DNA of 64,000 nucleotides from Octopus sinensis (lineage: Eukaryota). The stretch is taken from contig NC_043012.1 of assembly GCF_006345805.1 (NCBI RefSeq), positions 48,856,001 through 48,920,000 of the forward strand, written 5' to 3'. Below, piece after piece: positions 1 to 14,826 of the stretch; the stretch's first letter is position 1, and each line of letters opens with the position of its first letter. The notes below the pieces were generated by a model that saw only the letters and a program-made list of their open reading frames with translations, made no database searches and was not told where the DNA came from. Made by a program: the position numbers and the translations under genes.

Positions 1-25
1 CCCTCCTCTCTACTCCCCTCCCTCT

Positions 26-28
<3 letters not shown>

Positions 29-96
<68 letters not shown>

Positions 97-2539
97 TGTG
101 GGAGAGAGTGAGATTGCGAATAGAGATATTAATAATGTCTAGTTAGATATTCGCGTATATTTACCTGCATGCAAAAATGTACCTGCGTATATACGTACGT
201 GTATGTATGTATGTATGTATGTATGTATGTATGTATGTATGTATGTATGTATGTATGTATGTATATATACATGTACACACACACGCATATGTACATTCAT
301 GTAAACAGGCATTTACGTGTGCATATATATAGGTATGTATGTGTGCATGTATGTATATATGTCCATGTATATATATGCATGTATGTATGTATGTATGTAT
401 GTATGTACATACTTACGCATGTATGTATACAACAAAGGCATATATACATAAATGTATATATATATATATGTATATACATACATACATACATATATACATA
501 TATATACATATATATATACAAATATATATATACATATATATATATATACATATACATATATATATATGCATATGTATGTGTGATGGTGTCTCTACTTATA
601 TAAGTGCCTACCTGGGCGTTTGTGTACGAGTGTGTGTGCATGCTTGCATGTGTCTTGATAATATATGGAATTGGTTATACATTCTCTACCAGCAGACCTA
701 AATACAAAATAATACTTCGTCTGGACAGATATATGAAATATGGCGTCTCAAAGGGGGAAGAAACCAATCCTTTTTACTGATACAACAAAAGCATTGATTT
801 ATCGCACTTGTTGGAGACAGGTGGAATTCTGATTGATTAAATCAGCTGGAGACATATTGTGGATGGGCCGCATTGTAGTGTAATATTGCTGATTACAAAA
901 CACTATCGTTGTGCTGATTTTCACTAAAAGCTCTGATTTGGATTTATTTTTCAAGTTTGCTTTACCTCTGAGGTTTGGTTATTCTTTGAGCAAACTATTG
1001 GTAAATTGATTTATAACATGGGTACAAGGTCACGTATATGGTGTTGTGTGTGGGGATTGTGAAATCGATTAGAGAACTGCAACCATTGTCCTGTTTTCTG
1101 TAATATTTTTTTTCTATTTTTGTTTTGTTTGTGGGGCGCCCAAAGCCGACAAAAATGTTTTCAATAAATTCAATTCAAACTTTAGAAAAGTAAAAAAGTA
1201 CATAAAACACCACTCGCCCTGTCTGAAATACAAACTATCAAATACTAGCTTAAAAGATGCACTTGTACGGACTTTAAAGCTGCCGTGGAGCGCTAATTGG
1301 GCCTGTGGCCCAAAACTAAAGAGGACTATTTTCTTCTTTAGGGGACAATAAATAAAGCATTTATCGGTACCCTGTCAATATTGTATTACTTTAAATTCAG
1401 CTTAAATGAAAAACTTGTATGTTCACAAATTTCTGGAGTTCTTATAAAATTTGAATTTCCAACTGTTAGCGTATAACAAATCCTCACCCAGACCTGATTC
1501 CAATGCTGGATGTTCAAGAACCAAAATGAAAGGCAGATGTTCAATCCCGGGATCATCCTGATAGATATAAGAAGTAAAAATAGATTACATAATGTGACTG
1601 GGATAAAAAAAAACCCCGCATGACTGAATGCAGAAACATCATCGTGATTGAAAAAAAAAGGGACCTGTAACCCATTTCTAGGCTACATGAGTCTTATAAG
1701 TTCTCAGTTATACTTCTTTTATAATCTCCTCTCTGGAAGGATGAAGAACGCAATTACAAAACGACGATTTATAGACTTATAGCTTACAAAAAATAAACGT
1801 AACAAGATAGTATATGGCGTATTCTCTGACGCTATATCAAGTCTGTCAGTTATGATGCAAAGTATTACAAAGTTGTAATAAATCATAAGAGGGTATCAGG
1901 TGTATTACACGTCCAACATTAGTGTCTTTCTGTTCGTAAGCTTTCGTGACATGAAAATGTCTAAACAGGCTTAATATACATATTATAAGTTTACATAACA
2001 TTCAGTGTTATGTAGGTTAATAATATACATAATATATGCTTGTTTCAATGTACATTTCTCGAGTGGCATTCAGTTCAGTCAATTTGCATCACTTTATGTA
2101 AATTTATTGTTATTAACTTGTGGCTCTCAACCTTCTATATTTCAACAATCCTTTCACATTTCATAGAACGCTCTTTCCCAATGTTTAGTATCAAAAATTG
2201 CTCATAATACACTTGTATGCATAGGCAACCTTGCAATCAACTTTTGGAAGAAAAAAGGCCACTTACAAAAACACACACAGTATACAGACATACATGCATA
2301 TACACAAGCTTAAAAAGATATATATTCAAGTACATGCAAACCTAGAAGCATATTTGCCCGCGTACTGAAATACAGAAACCCACACTAACATAAATATGTG
2401 CGAGTATATACTGGTTGTTTATATAGACAAATGCACTTATAAAACGTATGTCTATGTATATGATATACATATATTATACGTGTATGCACACACACACACA
2501 CATTTACATATATACATACATCTCTCTCTATCTATCTCT

Positions 2540-2586
<47 letters not shown>

Positions 2587-2614
2587 CTATCTATCTATAT
2601 CATCTATCTATCTA

Positions 2615-2665
<51 letters not shown>

Positions 2666-3235
2666 TTTGTTGAGTTAGAGGTAGAAATATCTCTAAGGAA
2701 TAGAAATATCCGTTACACTACTGGTATATTACCTATGTTTAAACCATGGGTATACATAATTTTAGGTAAAAACAAGGATAAACATGGGTTTATCAAGAAT
2801 GAAAGTTTAAAGAAAACAGAAAATGGAGAAGTATGTTGTTCATCAGTACTTCTCCATTTTCTGTTTTCTTTACATACACACACATATGCACAAAAGGGAG
2901 TGTATAGGAGTATGTGTGTTTGCGCGTATGAGTATACGTTCATGCAAGTCTTTATGTTAATACATCTATAATCACACAAATATACATGCAAGCATTAAAC
3001 TACCACTCAGTTAATTCACCCTAAACTTGTAGCTGGGAAGCTTGTGAATATATGCGTACGTACAAACTTACAGTATATAATTTCATTTAAAATTGACAAA
3101 TAGATAACATCAATGAAAAATGGTACGTACTAGAAATTAACAAATGAAACGACGACAACCATAAGAAATGTAACTAAATAACGACCATAAACAATTAGAA
3201 ACGAAGCATAAGTTAATGTAGGGTACAGTAAGTCA

Positions 3236-3302
<67 letters not shown>

Positions 3303-3732
3303 CTAATCTATCTATCTATCTATCTATATATCTATCTTATGCATTTATATATATATATACTATCTATCTATATATATTATATATTGTAATTAATATATAT
3401 ATATAATATATATATATATATTTACACACACATATTAACATATACATGCACATAATACACAGTACGCATATATCACTATATCACTTATCTAGTAGTGATA
3501 TGATAGCAAATGCAATGCATACCCCCATACATACGCATCTCTCTTATCTCTTATCATCTATCTATATATATATACCAAATGGAGTTGTAGGTAAACCGCA
3601 CGAGTGGAATTATTATACGAAAGAAAGGTTGAAACACCATTTTAAAAGATGTTTTATTTACTTTCCATATATATATATATACATATATGTAATCTATATA
3701 TATAGATATATATTAGCATATATATTGTATAA

Positions 3733-3778
<46 letters not shown>

Positions 3779-4001
3779 TATATATATTATATAATATATA
3801 ATATATATATAAATGCATGTAATATAAATTAGCATGTATATAAACATGTAGAATGTATGATTAATTAATCTTCTGTTAATAAATAATTGTAACCCTTACA
3901 CTGCTATTCGAATACTTTGCTAGCCAGACTATTACTTTGGTTTTTACCTATCCTTTAAATTACATTCCCCACATACGCATACACACACACACATACATAC
4001 A

Positions 4002-4041
<40 letters not shown>

Positions 4042-4156
4042 GTATATGTATATATATGTATATATATGTATGTATATATATATATATATGTATATATAAT
4101 ATATGTATGTATATATATATATGTGTGTGTGTGAGTGTATGTAATTATGTATAACC

Positions 4157-4228
<72 letters not shown>

Positions 4229-4240
4229 ATGTATGTGTGT
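29..4240. repeat. Compound microsatellite blocks: (TA)n ~29-86, (TATG)/(TA) ~200-570, (TCTA)/(TA) ~2520-2662, (TCTA) ~3235-3330, (TA)/(TACA)/(TG) ~3660-4240
   Basis: Direct inspection. Confidence 0.95.
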
Positions 4241-4349
4241 AGAGTTAATATCCATAGATAGTGAACCGGAACAATAAACATGTGATGACCAGACAGAACG
4301 TACTGCTCTCCAAAAAATACACACGTAAATGTTACAAACCATCGCCGCC

Positions 4350-7300
4350 TCAAACACTCTTGCCACCACGTCGACGAGACCCACCGCCGCCACCAATTCC
4401 AAAGCCTTCACCGCTGCCGTGACGAGCAGCACCACCAGCAGCGACAGCAGCACCATCACTTCCACAATTATTATTTACCACCAGCATCAAGATATAAACC
4501 ACGCATCATTCTCTCCACTATAGATGACGGTATGCCATTACTGTCAGCAGCACCGCATCCAGATAACAGTATGTCACCGCCGCCACCACCACCACCACTA
4601 CCACCAGCACCAACAACAACAACAACAACAGAAACAACAATGGCTGTAAGTAAAATAACAACAAAACAACTGCAACAACTTCTAGAATATAAAGAAGAAC
4701 ATCGAAATCAGCGGAAAATCTACAAAAAAAAAATGAAAAAAAAAGCTGCCCTACTTATATCAATAACATCAATTGCATCCCTTCCACACTCTTCATCCCA
4801 TTCATAATCTTTGTGATATCACCAGCATCATCATGTCAATCGCCGCCGCCGCCACCACCACCGCCGCCACCACCATCACCACTGACAAGATCTCCACTAC
4901 GAACGACTACCACCGACATGATGCAAACAACAATACGAAAAGCTTCGTGACCACCTACTACTACTACTAATACTAAACTACAAGACGACCAATGCTGCTG
5001 CTGCTGACTACTGCTACTACTGTCGCAATCATAATTATACTACGGCCAACGGGAGGTCGTTCAAGTCGTCGCTCGACCTGCTAGAAATAAAAACCAAATC
5101 ATACCTTACTGTCTTGAAAACGATATCTGATACGTCATAGTCCAATGTAGTTTAGTTCCAAGATACCTGAGAATTCTGCTACCCTTCCTGTAAAATGTGG
5201 CTTTTGCAGGAATGCTATTCATCGTAGGGCTCCTTACACTTATTACCATTGTTCCATCAAGCAAGAAAAACCACATATAGGAAACTCGATGTCGTTATTC
5301 GATCTGTAGAAATAGCGCCCAAACCGTCTTTTAACATGTGCGGTTTAGGATAGTAAAAGTCTGTGTTCTCTATTTGTGAAAAAAAAAACGATAAACGTAT
5401 GTGTTCCCCCCTCCACCCCAGCTGGACGAGATGCCAGTCCATCGCAGCGTTACTCAAGAAACAGGAAGAGAGAGAAAGTTGTGGTGAAAGAATACAACAG
5501 GGGCCGCCACCAACCTCTGCCTGAGCCTCGTGGAGCTTTTAGGTGTTTTCGCTCAATAAACACACACAAAGCCCGGTTTGGGAATCGAAACCGCGATCCT
5601 CCAACCGCGAGTTCGCTGCCCTAACCACTGGGCCATTGCACCTCCATTAAAATAAATGCGCCCTTTTAAAGCCTAGCCAGGCTCATGGGCCCGGTTTCCG
5701 GTTCTATGGCGTATGTGTTCCCCAGCTGGACGGGATGGACGCTGAGTCCACTGCAGCGTTACACATTTTTGCCAGCTGAGTGGACTGGAGCAACGTGAAA
5801 TGATGTGTGTTGCTCAAAAACACAACGCGTCGCCCGGCCCAGGAATCGAAATCACAATCTTACGATCATGATGCTGACACCTAACCACTAAGCCAAGCGC
5901 CTCCACGTTCTCTATTCGTAGTAAAAAAAAATAATAAAAAAATCATTTTGATCATAGCTAGAAAGCCTTTCATTATAGGATTTACTCATGGAAGTGAGAG
6001 GGGCAAACAACAGCAAAACAATACAGTGAGCAGTTACGAGTTCGTTTGAATTGCAAGAAATAGCTGTCCATATACGCATTGTATATCATATTCTTAGTAT
6101 TCTATCTCTAGCAACAAAACACTGTAAATATGGTTGGAAAGCCGTGACTACCACGTTGCGTTGTTAGGTATTTGATCAATATTCTGCGCAAACAGGGTTA
6201 GATTGATATGGAATTAAGCAACAATATACCCTCCATGTTTTTGCGTTTTATTTTTTCTGCAGTAGCCATTAGCTAAATCAACAAAGTAAGCTTGAATCAA
6301 GAGATATCTCTACTCAACAGTTATTCTCCGACGAAGTGGTGCGGAGGAGAAGTTTCCAAACATAGAGATATCCTCCAGTCAACGATGAAGCCTTCAGCCA
6401 TCTACGTCATCTCTGATTTACAAGAGGAACCTCCAGTGAACTAGGATGGAACTGCTCAGCGAGGCTTGAGAGAACTAAGGATCAAGTGAGCCATCTAAGT
6501 AGTGTAGAACCAACAGAGACTCCGCCAGCCAACTACGAAGTCACTTGTGAAACACAAAACCTCCAACCGGCGAGGGCGCCTATACTTACCCAGAGAATAA
6601 AGGAAACAACGGGGAAGCCATCAGTCAAGAAAGGTATCTTGAACCTGCGAGAAGGCTCCCAGCTAATGAGGAAAGATGGGAGCGATTAAAGTCTCTAGTC
6701 AACTAGGATAATTTGAAACAGTGAAGAAGACTTTAATCAAATAGGGAGTCGCATTGAATTGCTAGGAACCCTTAGCCGAATCTAACACAACCGTCCTCTA
6801 AATTCTTGAAAAAGATTTAATTAGATTAATGTAATAAAAAATACTAAAAAGATGGGTTGGTTAGGACTGGAACGTCAGCGGTCATAGGGTTCTTTATTCG
6901 AGGAAGGCATCAGATTAAACAACAATAACCAATAAATCCAGCACCACCACCAGCACCACCAGCACCACCACGAACAACAAGAACAACAGATGAAGCGATA
7001 TGGTTTCGAAAATGATGGCCAAGGGAAGCAAAAACAACAACACAACAAAAATAGCAACAATGCATCTTGTAGAAGGACAACACTTCTTCACGTAGACAAC
7101 CACCACCACCATCATCACCACCACAGCTACCACCTAACACTCCAAACCCCTCTAAACTCCACCATATATCTTTCTTTCCAGGACTACTTTACTCCACGAC
7201 TATCATCATCACAAAAATTAGAACCATCAACGCAATCACTTCGACCAGCACCAACACCGGCACCACCATCCCAAACATAACTACCATCGTAACCATTATC

Positions 7301-8045
7301 ATTGCAACCCCAACCACCACCACCACCACTACTACCACAACAACAACCAAGATAACTACCACCACAACCACCACCAACAACCACCACCATCGCCATAATC
7401 ACTACCACTGTAGCTTCCACCACCACAATAACCACACCCACAATCATCACCACCATAACCACCATCGCTATAACCTCCACCACCGGCATCACCACCACCA
7501 CCACCAGCACTACCATCATCACTGTCACCGTCACCATAACTACTACCACTACCACCACAACCTCCACCACAACCTCCACCACTACCACCACAACCTCCAC
7601 CACAACCTCCACCACTACCACAACAACCTCCACCACTACAACCTCCGCCACTACCACTACAAACACCACTAGCGGATGCAGCATTAGCATCCCCTTAACC
7701 TACTCAGCGTTACGCCATGTTTCACTGACAGAATGACAAAACTGACGGTCCGAGACAAGATATCATTGAGAGTTACCTTCTTGCGTCTCTTCCAACGTTT
7801 CGGTTGACTGACTTAGATGCCTTTATCAGGTTCCACGTTTCCACAGTAAAACAGAGTCTGACATAAAATCATCAGCAGAGAATAAAGAATTCAGAATCCC
7901 TCTTCATCATCATCATCATCATCATCATCGTCTTCTTCTTCTTCTTCTTCTTCTTCTTCTTCTTCTTCTTCTTCTTCTTCTTCTTCTTCTTCTTCTTCTT
8001 CTTCTTCTTCTTCTTCTTCTTCTCCTTCTTCTTCTTCTTCTTCTT
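4350..8045. repeat. Imperfect trinucleotide tracts: CAC/CAG/AAC at 4350-5020 and 6915-7660; (CAT)n(CTT)n at 7905-8045
   Basis: Direct inspection; source of the poly-V/T/H track ORFs. Confidence 0.9.
5400..5905 (-). mobile_element. Two adjacent tRNA-headed SINEs, family A (5400-5646 and 5651-5905)
   Basis: Minus-strand head GGAGGCGC.TGGCTTAGTGGTTAGG (A box) and TTCGATTCC (B box); body TGCGATGGACTGGCGTCCCGTCCAG-like; tail AAAGGGCGCATTTATTT. Confidence 0.85.
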
Positions 8046-9056
8046 ATCCGCTGAGAAATTCCCAGAACACTTAACGCTGTCTGGTTATTATTTAGGAATT
8101 CGAAAATCGTGAAGATTGGGTTAGTAAACCCGTATGTAAACCCGTCGGAATAGTCATCTTAGAGGAGAGCATGACGGGAGTGACAGAATCACTACAGCCT
8201 CAGACCAAATGTTTCATATAGTGTTTAGTTTTATGATACGTGAGTTCAAATCCTGTCTGAGTGGAACTTTCTTTATCCCGTCTGTATCGATAAAATAAAA
8301 TACAAATCCAGAAGTAGGATCGATATAATCCAATATACCTTTCCACAAAAATTTACACCCTTAGAAATTAATAACTATTAGGTCTTATCCGTAGCTACGC
8401 TGCCGGTAAACATATTTGTTAATCTTGCATGTACCATCTTTTAATAGTTGACTGTTACGTAGTGAAAGTCTCGTTAGTTACTGTGGTGACAACACTTTAC
8501 ATATCTATCTTGCACGCGTACGCACGCGCACACATACACACACTCACACACACACTCATACACACTGTCAATTTCACTGTATTTCTCTCTTAATAACGAC
8601 AACACCAGCAATATGTGTTGCGTAGTCTCTATGTTGAAAGACATACAGAAGCAAAAAGACACACAGACATACACACACACACCACACACACAACACACAC
8701 ACACATACACACACATACACACACATACACGCAAAAGCAGAACCAAGAAGTAACTATCTCTATTGTAATATAGTGAAAGTCTATTTGTTTTTGATGTCTG
8801 TGTTGCGTTGTGTTGACAGACTTACACTTAAAATTTCCGCGTATTCAAAGCACTATCAATATATCACACCCACTCAATATCACAGTTTTTCTTTCTCAAT
8901 AGCAACAACATTCTCTCCTCCCCGTTTTTCACAGTACCGCTAATTACGGTGACGTAAGTACACCAACATCAATTTTTCAAGCAATAGTCACACACAGACA
9001 CAGACACACGCGCACACACATCTATCTATCTCTTTATCAATATATATATATATATA

Positions 9057-9111
<55 letters not shown>

Positions 9112-9263
9112 CCACGTGGCTCTTTTTTGTTACCATCGACCGAATCTATACACAACGTTTTAATCGGTTCGAGAGACATGACCTAGCCAGCTACAATGTG
9201 GTTGAGAAGGAAATTCCTTAATTCAGACCGCTGTGTTGTTATATATATATGCATGTATATATG

Positions 9264-9391
<128 letters not shown>

Positions 9392-9859
9392 ATTCTTGAA
9401 AGAGAATCAAAAAGTAGAAAGTTCGGTGAATCAATGCATAAGTAGAGCTTCAAAGTAATCAATCACACCATTGGCGTTAATGTGAGGCCTTATACCAATT
9501 CTTTTACTTGCTTCACTCATTAAACTGCAGCTAGAGAAATACTACCGTTTTTCAAGGGGTTTTAGTCAATTGTATCAATAGCTATACTACTTGGCATAAA
9601 GGAAGATATTCCCGTATCCATTCGTTTTCTTTCTTCCCTCCTTCCTTCCTTCCTTCCTTCGTTCTTTGTTTTGTTGGTTTGTTTCTTTCCTTCTTTCGTT
9701 CCTGCGTTCTTTCCTTCTTTCTGTCCTTCTTACTGTGTGTATCCTGTGTTATATATACAAACCGAGAGTTATACCAGCCCCCCGCCCCCCACTGGACATC
9801 ACTGTCCCGTTCCAAAGGTCCCATCCATCTCGTCTAGAGTCAGGACCAAGTTCAACATC

Positions 9860-10060
9860 ATCTTCTGTGGGTGAAGATGTTTTCAAGAAGCAACTTGGCT
9901 TTCTCCTCTCCAAGATACCGAATGAACCTACATTACGGCAAGAACCTCAAAAAGGATCGCAATATGAAATTTCCTTCAATCACAAAACAATCTTCATTAA
10001 AAGTGGATAATACCGCCGTTGCATCAACCTTTAAGGTGAAACGAAGAAAAGAATTAAAAA
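9860..10060 (+). mobile_element. LINE ORF2 C-terminal remnant (CR1/L2/Crack-like)
   Basis: EDVFKKQLGFLLSKIPNEPTLRQE resembles the FK..LD.FL..IPDEP motif at LINE C-termini. A family-B-like tail follows at ~10080-10160. Confidence 0.55.
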
Positions 10061-10284
10061 AAATTAAAAGAATATATCCTGGAGTCGATTTGTTCGATTA
10101 AAACCCTTCAATGTGGTGTCCCAGCATGGCCGCAATCCAATCACTGAAACAAGTAAAACATGAACAATTAAAAATCATCATGGTTTACTTTGTGCTATAA
10201 TTATCCAGTCCGTCTTTCCCTCTTTCTTATCAGGAGGACGTGATTTGAAGATTTTGCTGCTGTTTCTAACTGGTTGAGTGACTA

Positions 10285-10319
<35 letters not shown>

Positions 10320-10560
10320 ATGTTTATACATACACATCTATATGTATGTACGTTATGTATGTATGTATGTATGTATGTATGTAGGGAGGTATGTATACGT
10401 AAGTATACGTATTTCTGAAATTTGAGGACGATTTAGTGGCTATTTCTAGCAAGTCGCTCTCTCTTTCTCTCTATCTCCCTCTCTCTTTCTCTCTCTCTCT
10501 CTCTTTCTCTCTATCTCCCTCTCTCTTTCTCTCTCTCTCTCTCTCTTTCTCTCTATCTCC

Positions 10561-10609
<49 letters not shown>

Positions 10610-10869
10610 CTCTCTCACTCTGTCGACCATACACAGAACTTTATATGACTAAATTTAGTTTAACCGGTTATTATTTTACCTACTGAAAATATTGAAGTAT
10701 CTTAAACATTTGCCGACATAAAAAGCTGTATTTGGAATTTGTTTGACTGAAAACTAGAGCATCAGGCTCGTGTGTCCTGATATTTCGGGGGAAATGAGCT
10801 AACCATTCACATTAACCGTTGCCAGATAATATATCGTGAGATTATCGTTACCGAATACTTAACTGAAAC

Positions 10870-11690
10870 TAATTCGTTAGGGCGTCGGAGAAAATGCATC
10901 GCGTTATTTGTTCCGGGTCTTTACGTTCTAAGTTCAAATCCGACTAATATCAATTTCACCTTTTCATCGCTCTTGGGTCGATAAAGTTATATGGAACCAA
11001 GAACTCAAGTTATGGGATCAATATAATCGGCTAATCCTTATATCCAAATTTCTGACTCTTTGCCCATTTCAGAAATTAAGGGCAATGGCCTGTAAAAGCG
11101 TTAGAGCGTTGGAGAAAACGCTTTGCATTATTTATTCGGCTTTAAGGTGTTGAGCTGGCAGAGTCATTAGCACACCGAAATAAATGCTTAGCGGCCTTTC
11201 TTCCGACTCTTTACGTCCTGTGTTCAAATTCCCACGAGGTCAACTTGGCCTTTCATCTTTTCGGGGTCGATAAAATAAGTATCAGTTAAGCATTAGGATC
11301 CCTGCAATCATCTAACCCAACCCCCTAAAATTGCTGGGCTTGTGCCAAAATTCGAAGCCATTACTCATACCGGCTAAAGGTTCTGAGATGGCAGAATCGT
11401 TAGCGCGTCGGACAAAATGCTCAAAAGCATCTCGTCTGTCTTCACGTTCTAATTTCAAATTCCGCCGAGCTCGACTTTGTCTTTTATCCTTTCTGGATCG
11501 ATAAAATACCAGTCGAGTATTGGAGTCGATGTTATCGACTAGCACCATTTCCCCAAAATTCTGGTCTTGTGCCTAGGAGTATTTGTTCCGGCTATCTAAG
11601 TTCTGAGTTCAAACAACACCTGGTCGAACTTTGCCTTTCATTCTTTCGAGATTGCTAAAAGAAAGTAACAGTGAAGTCAAGGACTGTATT
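10870..11690 (+). mobile_element. Cluster of about four old, diverged family C-like SINEs
   Basis: Repeated degenerate TTAG(A/C)GCGTCGGA...GTTCAAAT...TTTCATC.TTTC..GGTCGATAAA. Similar relics occur near 8200, 12520, 24085-24470, 40720, 44020 and 54120-54520. Confidence 0.7.
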
Positions 11691-13989
11691 CAGTATGATT
11701 GACTAATCCTATCCTCGTGATATCTGTCCTGGTATCAGTTTAATAAATTACTATTTAACTGAAAATAAAGTTAATACGTGCAAATAGGCCTCCTGTGAAA
11801 ACAACTGTTTAGTCAAATGGAAAAAACAATGTCCTTTTTGAAGTGCGTTAAGCTGCTCTATTGTTATCTCAGACTTACTTAGGTAGATAACCTCTTGTCG
11901 CCAACTTGCTGACTTAGTTCGATGGCTCTTATTTATGATGGTGACCAATTTATTGTAATATACCGCTGGCATTCTTTCATCGATGATTCCCATGAGAAAG
12001 GTGGTGCAATATGTGAAGAACTTTGAACCTGCCGTGATATTGAATTCTATAGACACAACATGAGTTTAGTAACTAACGTCATGATTTAAAATTGTTTCCA
12101 TAATGCCAGTTAAGTGTGTTCTTGTCTTCTTGTCGACTTCATCACGAGTGCAGTGGACAAGCTGGTTGTCAAAACATTGCATCGCTTATCTTTCGCTTTC
12201 TCTAACGATTCAGTTTTAAAACATTAACAATTTCTTTCTTTTTGTTTTAACTATTTTGATTAAACAGAAATAATACTAACTACTTCTATACTCTATCTAC
12301 ACCTTGATGCTAGAATTCATTGCTTGTGTTTTATTATTTTAGTTACCAATACAAGGCAAGTACACCAAGTACCAATGCAGCTGAAAGGACAGAGCCATTA
12401 TATGGTCATTCGACTTACTAGAAATAGCAACCAATCCGTTTTAAATCGTACTCTACAATCTTTAAACAGTAAATTAATTGAGTAATTTACAGGCATCTGA
12501 TGGGAGAAAAAAAAACACAACTTTGCGCTGTTTATTCGGGATCATTGAATTCCGCGTTCAAATCCCACCGAAAACAACATTGTGGGGTCGATAAATGAAA
12601 TATTGATCTAGAGCGGTGTATAGCAGTATATGTTCCAGTTCCCTGTGCTCCGAGTTCAAATACCACTGTGGGCTGCTTGAGTAGTAGACTCAATCTAAAA
12701 CGCAGTTTAACACTATCACCCGGTCTTTAGCTGTGTTGAGTAGGGTTCAGTCTGTTTCAGTTAACATAACTGAGTCGGGACTCCCGTCTGGTCATATCTT
12801 CTGCCTTTCCTCCTGTCACTCATGAAGGCCCAGAGACGAGTCACAGTCTCATAAAGCGATAAATAGTAAAAAGGAAGGCGCACTAAATTAGATACTCCTA
12901 GATATGCACAAAAAATAGCATTGTTACAGTTTTAATGGAAGACAAATAAATTCCACTTAGAAGATAAGCTTGCGTCTAATTAAACGTCATGGTCTTTTCG
13001 ATATGTCTTTAAAGAATAACTTCATGAAATGAGGACAGTTAGAAATTTTCGTATACATTCAACTGTTTCAAGGAAACCCTCGATTGGGCATTTACGTGGT
13101 GTATTCTTGTAGGATCCTTGATAGTGGGTCCACGTTTAGATATTGCAGACCACGTCAGCGGAACATGAATAACCCAAAATTAGTTGATCAATAAACATAA
13201 ACTTCTCCCAAAAAAAAAAAAAGGGATTCTTTTTTTAATCTTTTATCTTTGAATTGTTTGACATTCAGCCATTACACCGTGACAATACTGGGCCACCGAA
13301 CTGAAGAACTTTTTAGTCGAATGAATCGACCCCAGTTAGATGAATAATTATTTTTGGCAAGCAATAATAAATATGGTAAAAAAAAAAAAACCAACTATTG
13401 CAATAAAGGAAATAACTCAAATGAGCCGATGGCATGCTTTTAAGATGAACCAAGTACGTATGGATGTACAGAATGGACTTAGGCACTAATAAAGATGAAT
13501 TTTCTCCTTAAATATGAGAATTGTTTTACAATTATTTATAAACTAAAATTATCTCCCTCATCGTGAATTACAAATGAATACCACTCCTTCTCTCTCTCTA
13601 CATCTCCTCCCTCTCTGTGTGAGTGAGTGTTTGTCTTCTCCGACAAATGTTCAACTAATTGAGAATGTTTGCGTATGGCATTTAGCACGCAAGCACCTAC
13701 ATAATCTCAATCCATACCAATGGCTTATTTGAGCTATTTCCTTTAGTTCAATTTTATTTTTATGGGCATATGTATACAATATCATTTATACCCTTTATTC
13801 GTAAAGTGAGTGCTACATAGCTTTTGCAGGGCGTTGGGTTTATTTTAGTAAATGTTATTAACGAAGGCATTCCTGAAGGCACATTGGTTTCGTTAACAAT
13901 AAACCATATTGACATTTCCTGTGTTATTATGTTCTACAAAATTGTATGACCCATTTTCAGGGTGTATCTATTAAGTATGGCATGCAAAC

Positions 13990-14220
13990 GCCAAGTGTTC
14001 AGGTCAAAAAAAAGAAAGAAAATATTTGGCATCAGCGTTTCTATTGTTTAGCCCAAGGTCAACCTGGTCGACGAGACTTATGATTAATTGCTTTCCAGCC
14101 GTAAAAACCGCATTGTTTTTAACGGTATAATGTATCTAGAACAACATTATCCAATGTATCTCTCTTTGTTTTAAGATGATAGGATCTAATTTGCGAGAGA
14201 TTTGACGTAGAAGCTCATCT
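13990..14220 (+). mobile_element. Dispersed repeat fragment (unclassified family with CTAGAAATAGC/GCTATTTCTAG motif)
   Basis: GCCCAAGGTCAACC...TTCCAGCCGT...TGTATCTAG.AC.ACATTATCCAATGT. Related pieces occur near 5060, 10250, 10430, 12410, 22170, 40530 and 41410. Confidence 0.5.
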
Positions 14221-14769
14221 GTTGGTTCGTTTTTGATATCCAGTCCTCCAATTTTCTTCCTTTCCTTCTAAGCTGTAATGGAAGATAATTTATCCCTCAA
14301 ACTGTATCCTACATTGGACATGTGGTAGTCGTAGCAAATGAAAGGAAGCGTCAGGATTCGAACACCTTTGGTCATAAATATATTCGATCTGTTCTGAATT
14401 GGTAATAAACAACAACAAGAATAACAACATAAAGCTTATGTTCAGTGCCAATCTTTACCGAAAGAGATGTGATTAACAGCATATTACTATGACATAACAA
14501 TTCAGCGTTTAAAAGGTGTTTGGACAGATCTGATAATTCTTCTTCGTTTAAGTTTAGACAGAATCTATCAAACTTGTTGTTGATGTGGTTGGCACTATCC
14601 TCTTTATTTGTCTGTCAATAGCTAGGATTTCCTCCAGTGCCTACTGAAGTAATCCAAACTTGAGAGCCAATAATAGTACTGAAAATGTAACGTGGCATAT
14701 TGATTTCTGTTCATATGGAAAACTTCAGATTATCAGCACAATCTTGAATATATGCATGCGTAAGCATGT

Positions 14770-14792
14770 ACGTACGTACATATGTATGTATG

Positions 14793-14826
<34 letters not shown>

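Noticed and set aside
750-1180. Possible Tx1/L1-like LINE 3' end
   Set aside because: The composition suggests it, but no diagnostic motif could be read.
14450-14615. Minus-strand open frame TNKEDSANHINNKFDRFCLNLNEEELSDLSKHLLNAELLCHSNMLLITSLS as an exon
   Set aside because: Splice sites are only moderate, an alternative frame is equally plausible, and no homology was recognised. The same applies to ORFs at 18677-18871 and 21915-22109.
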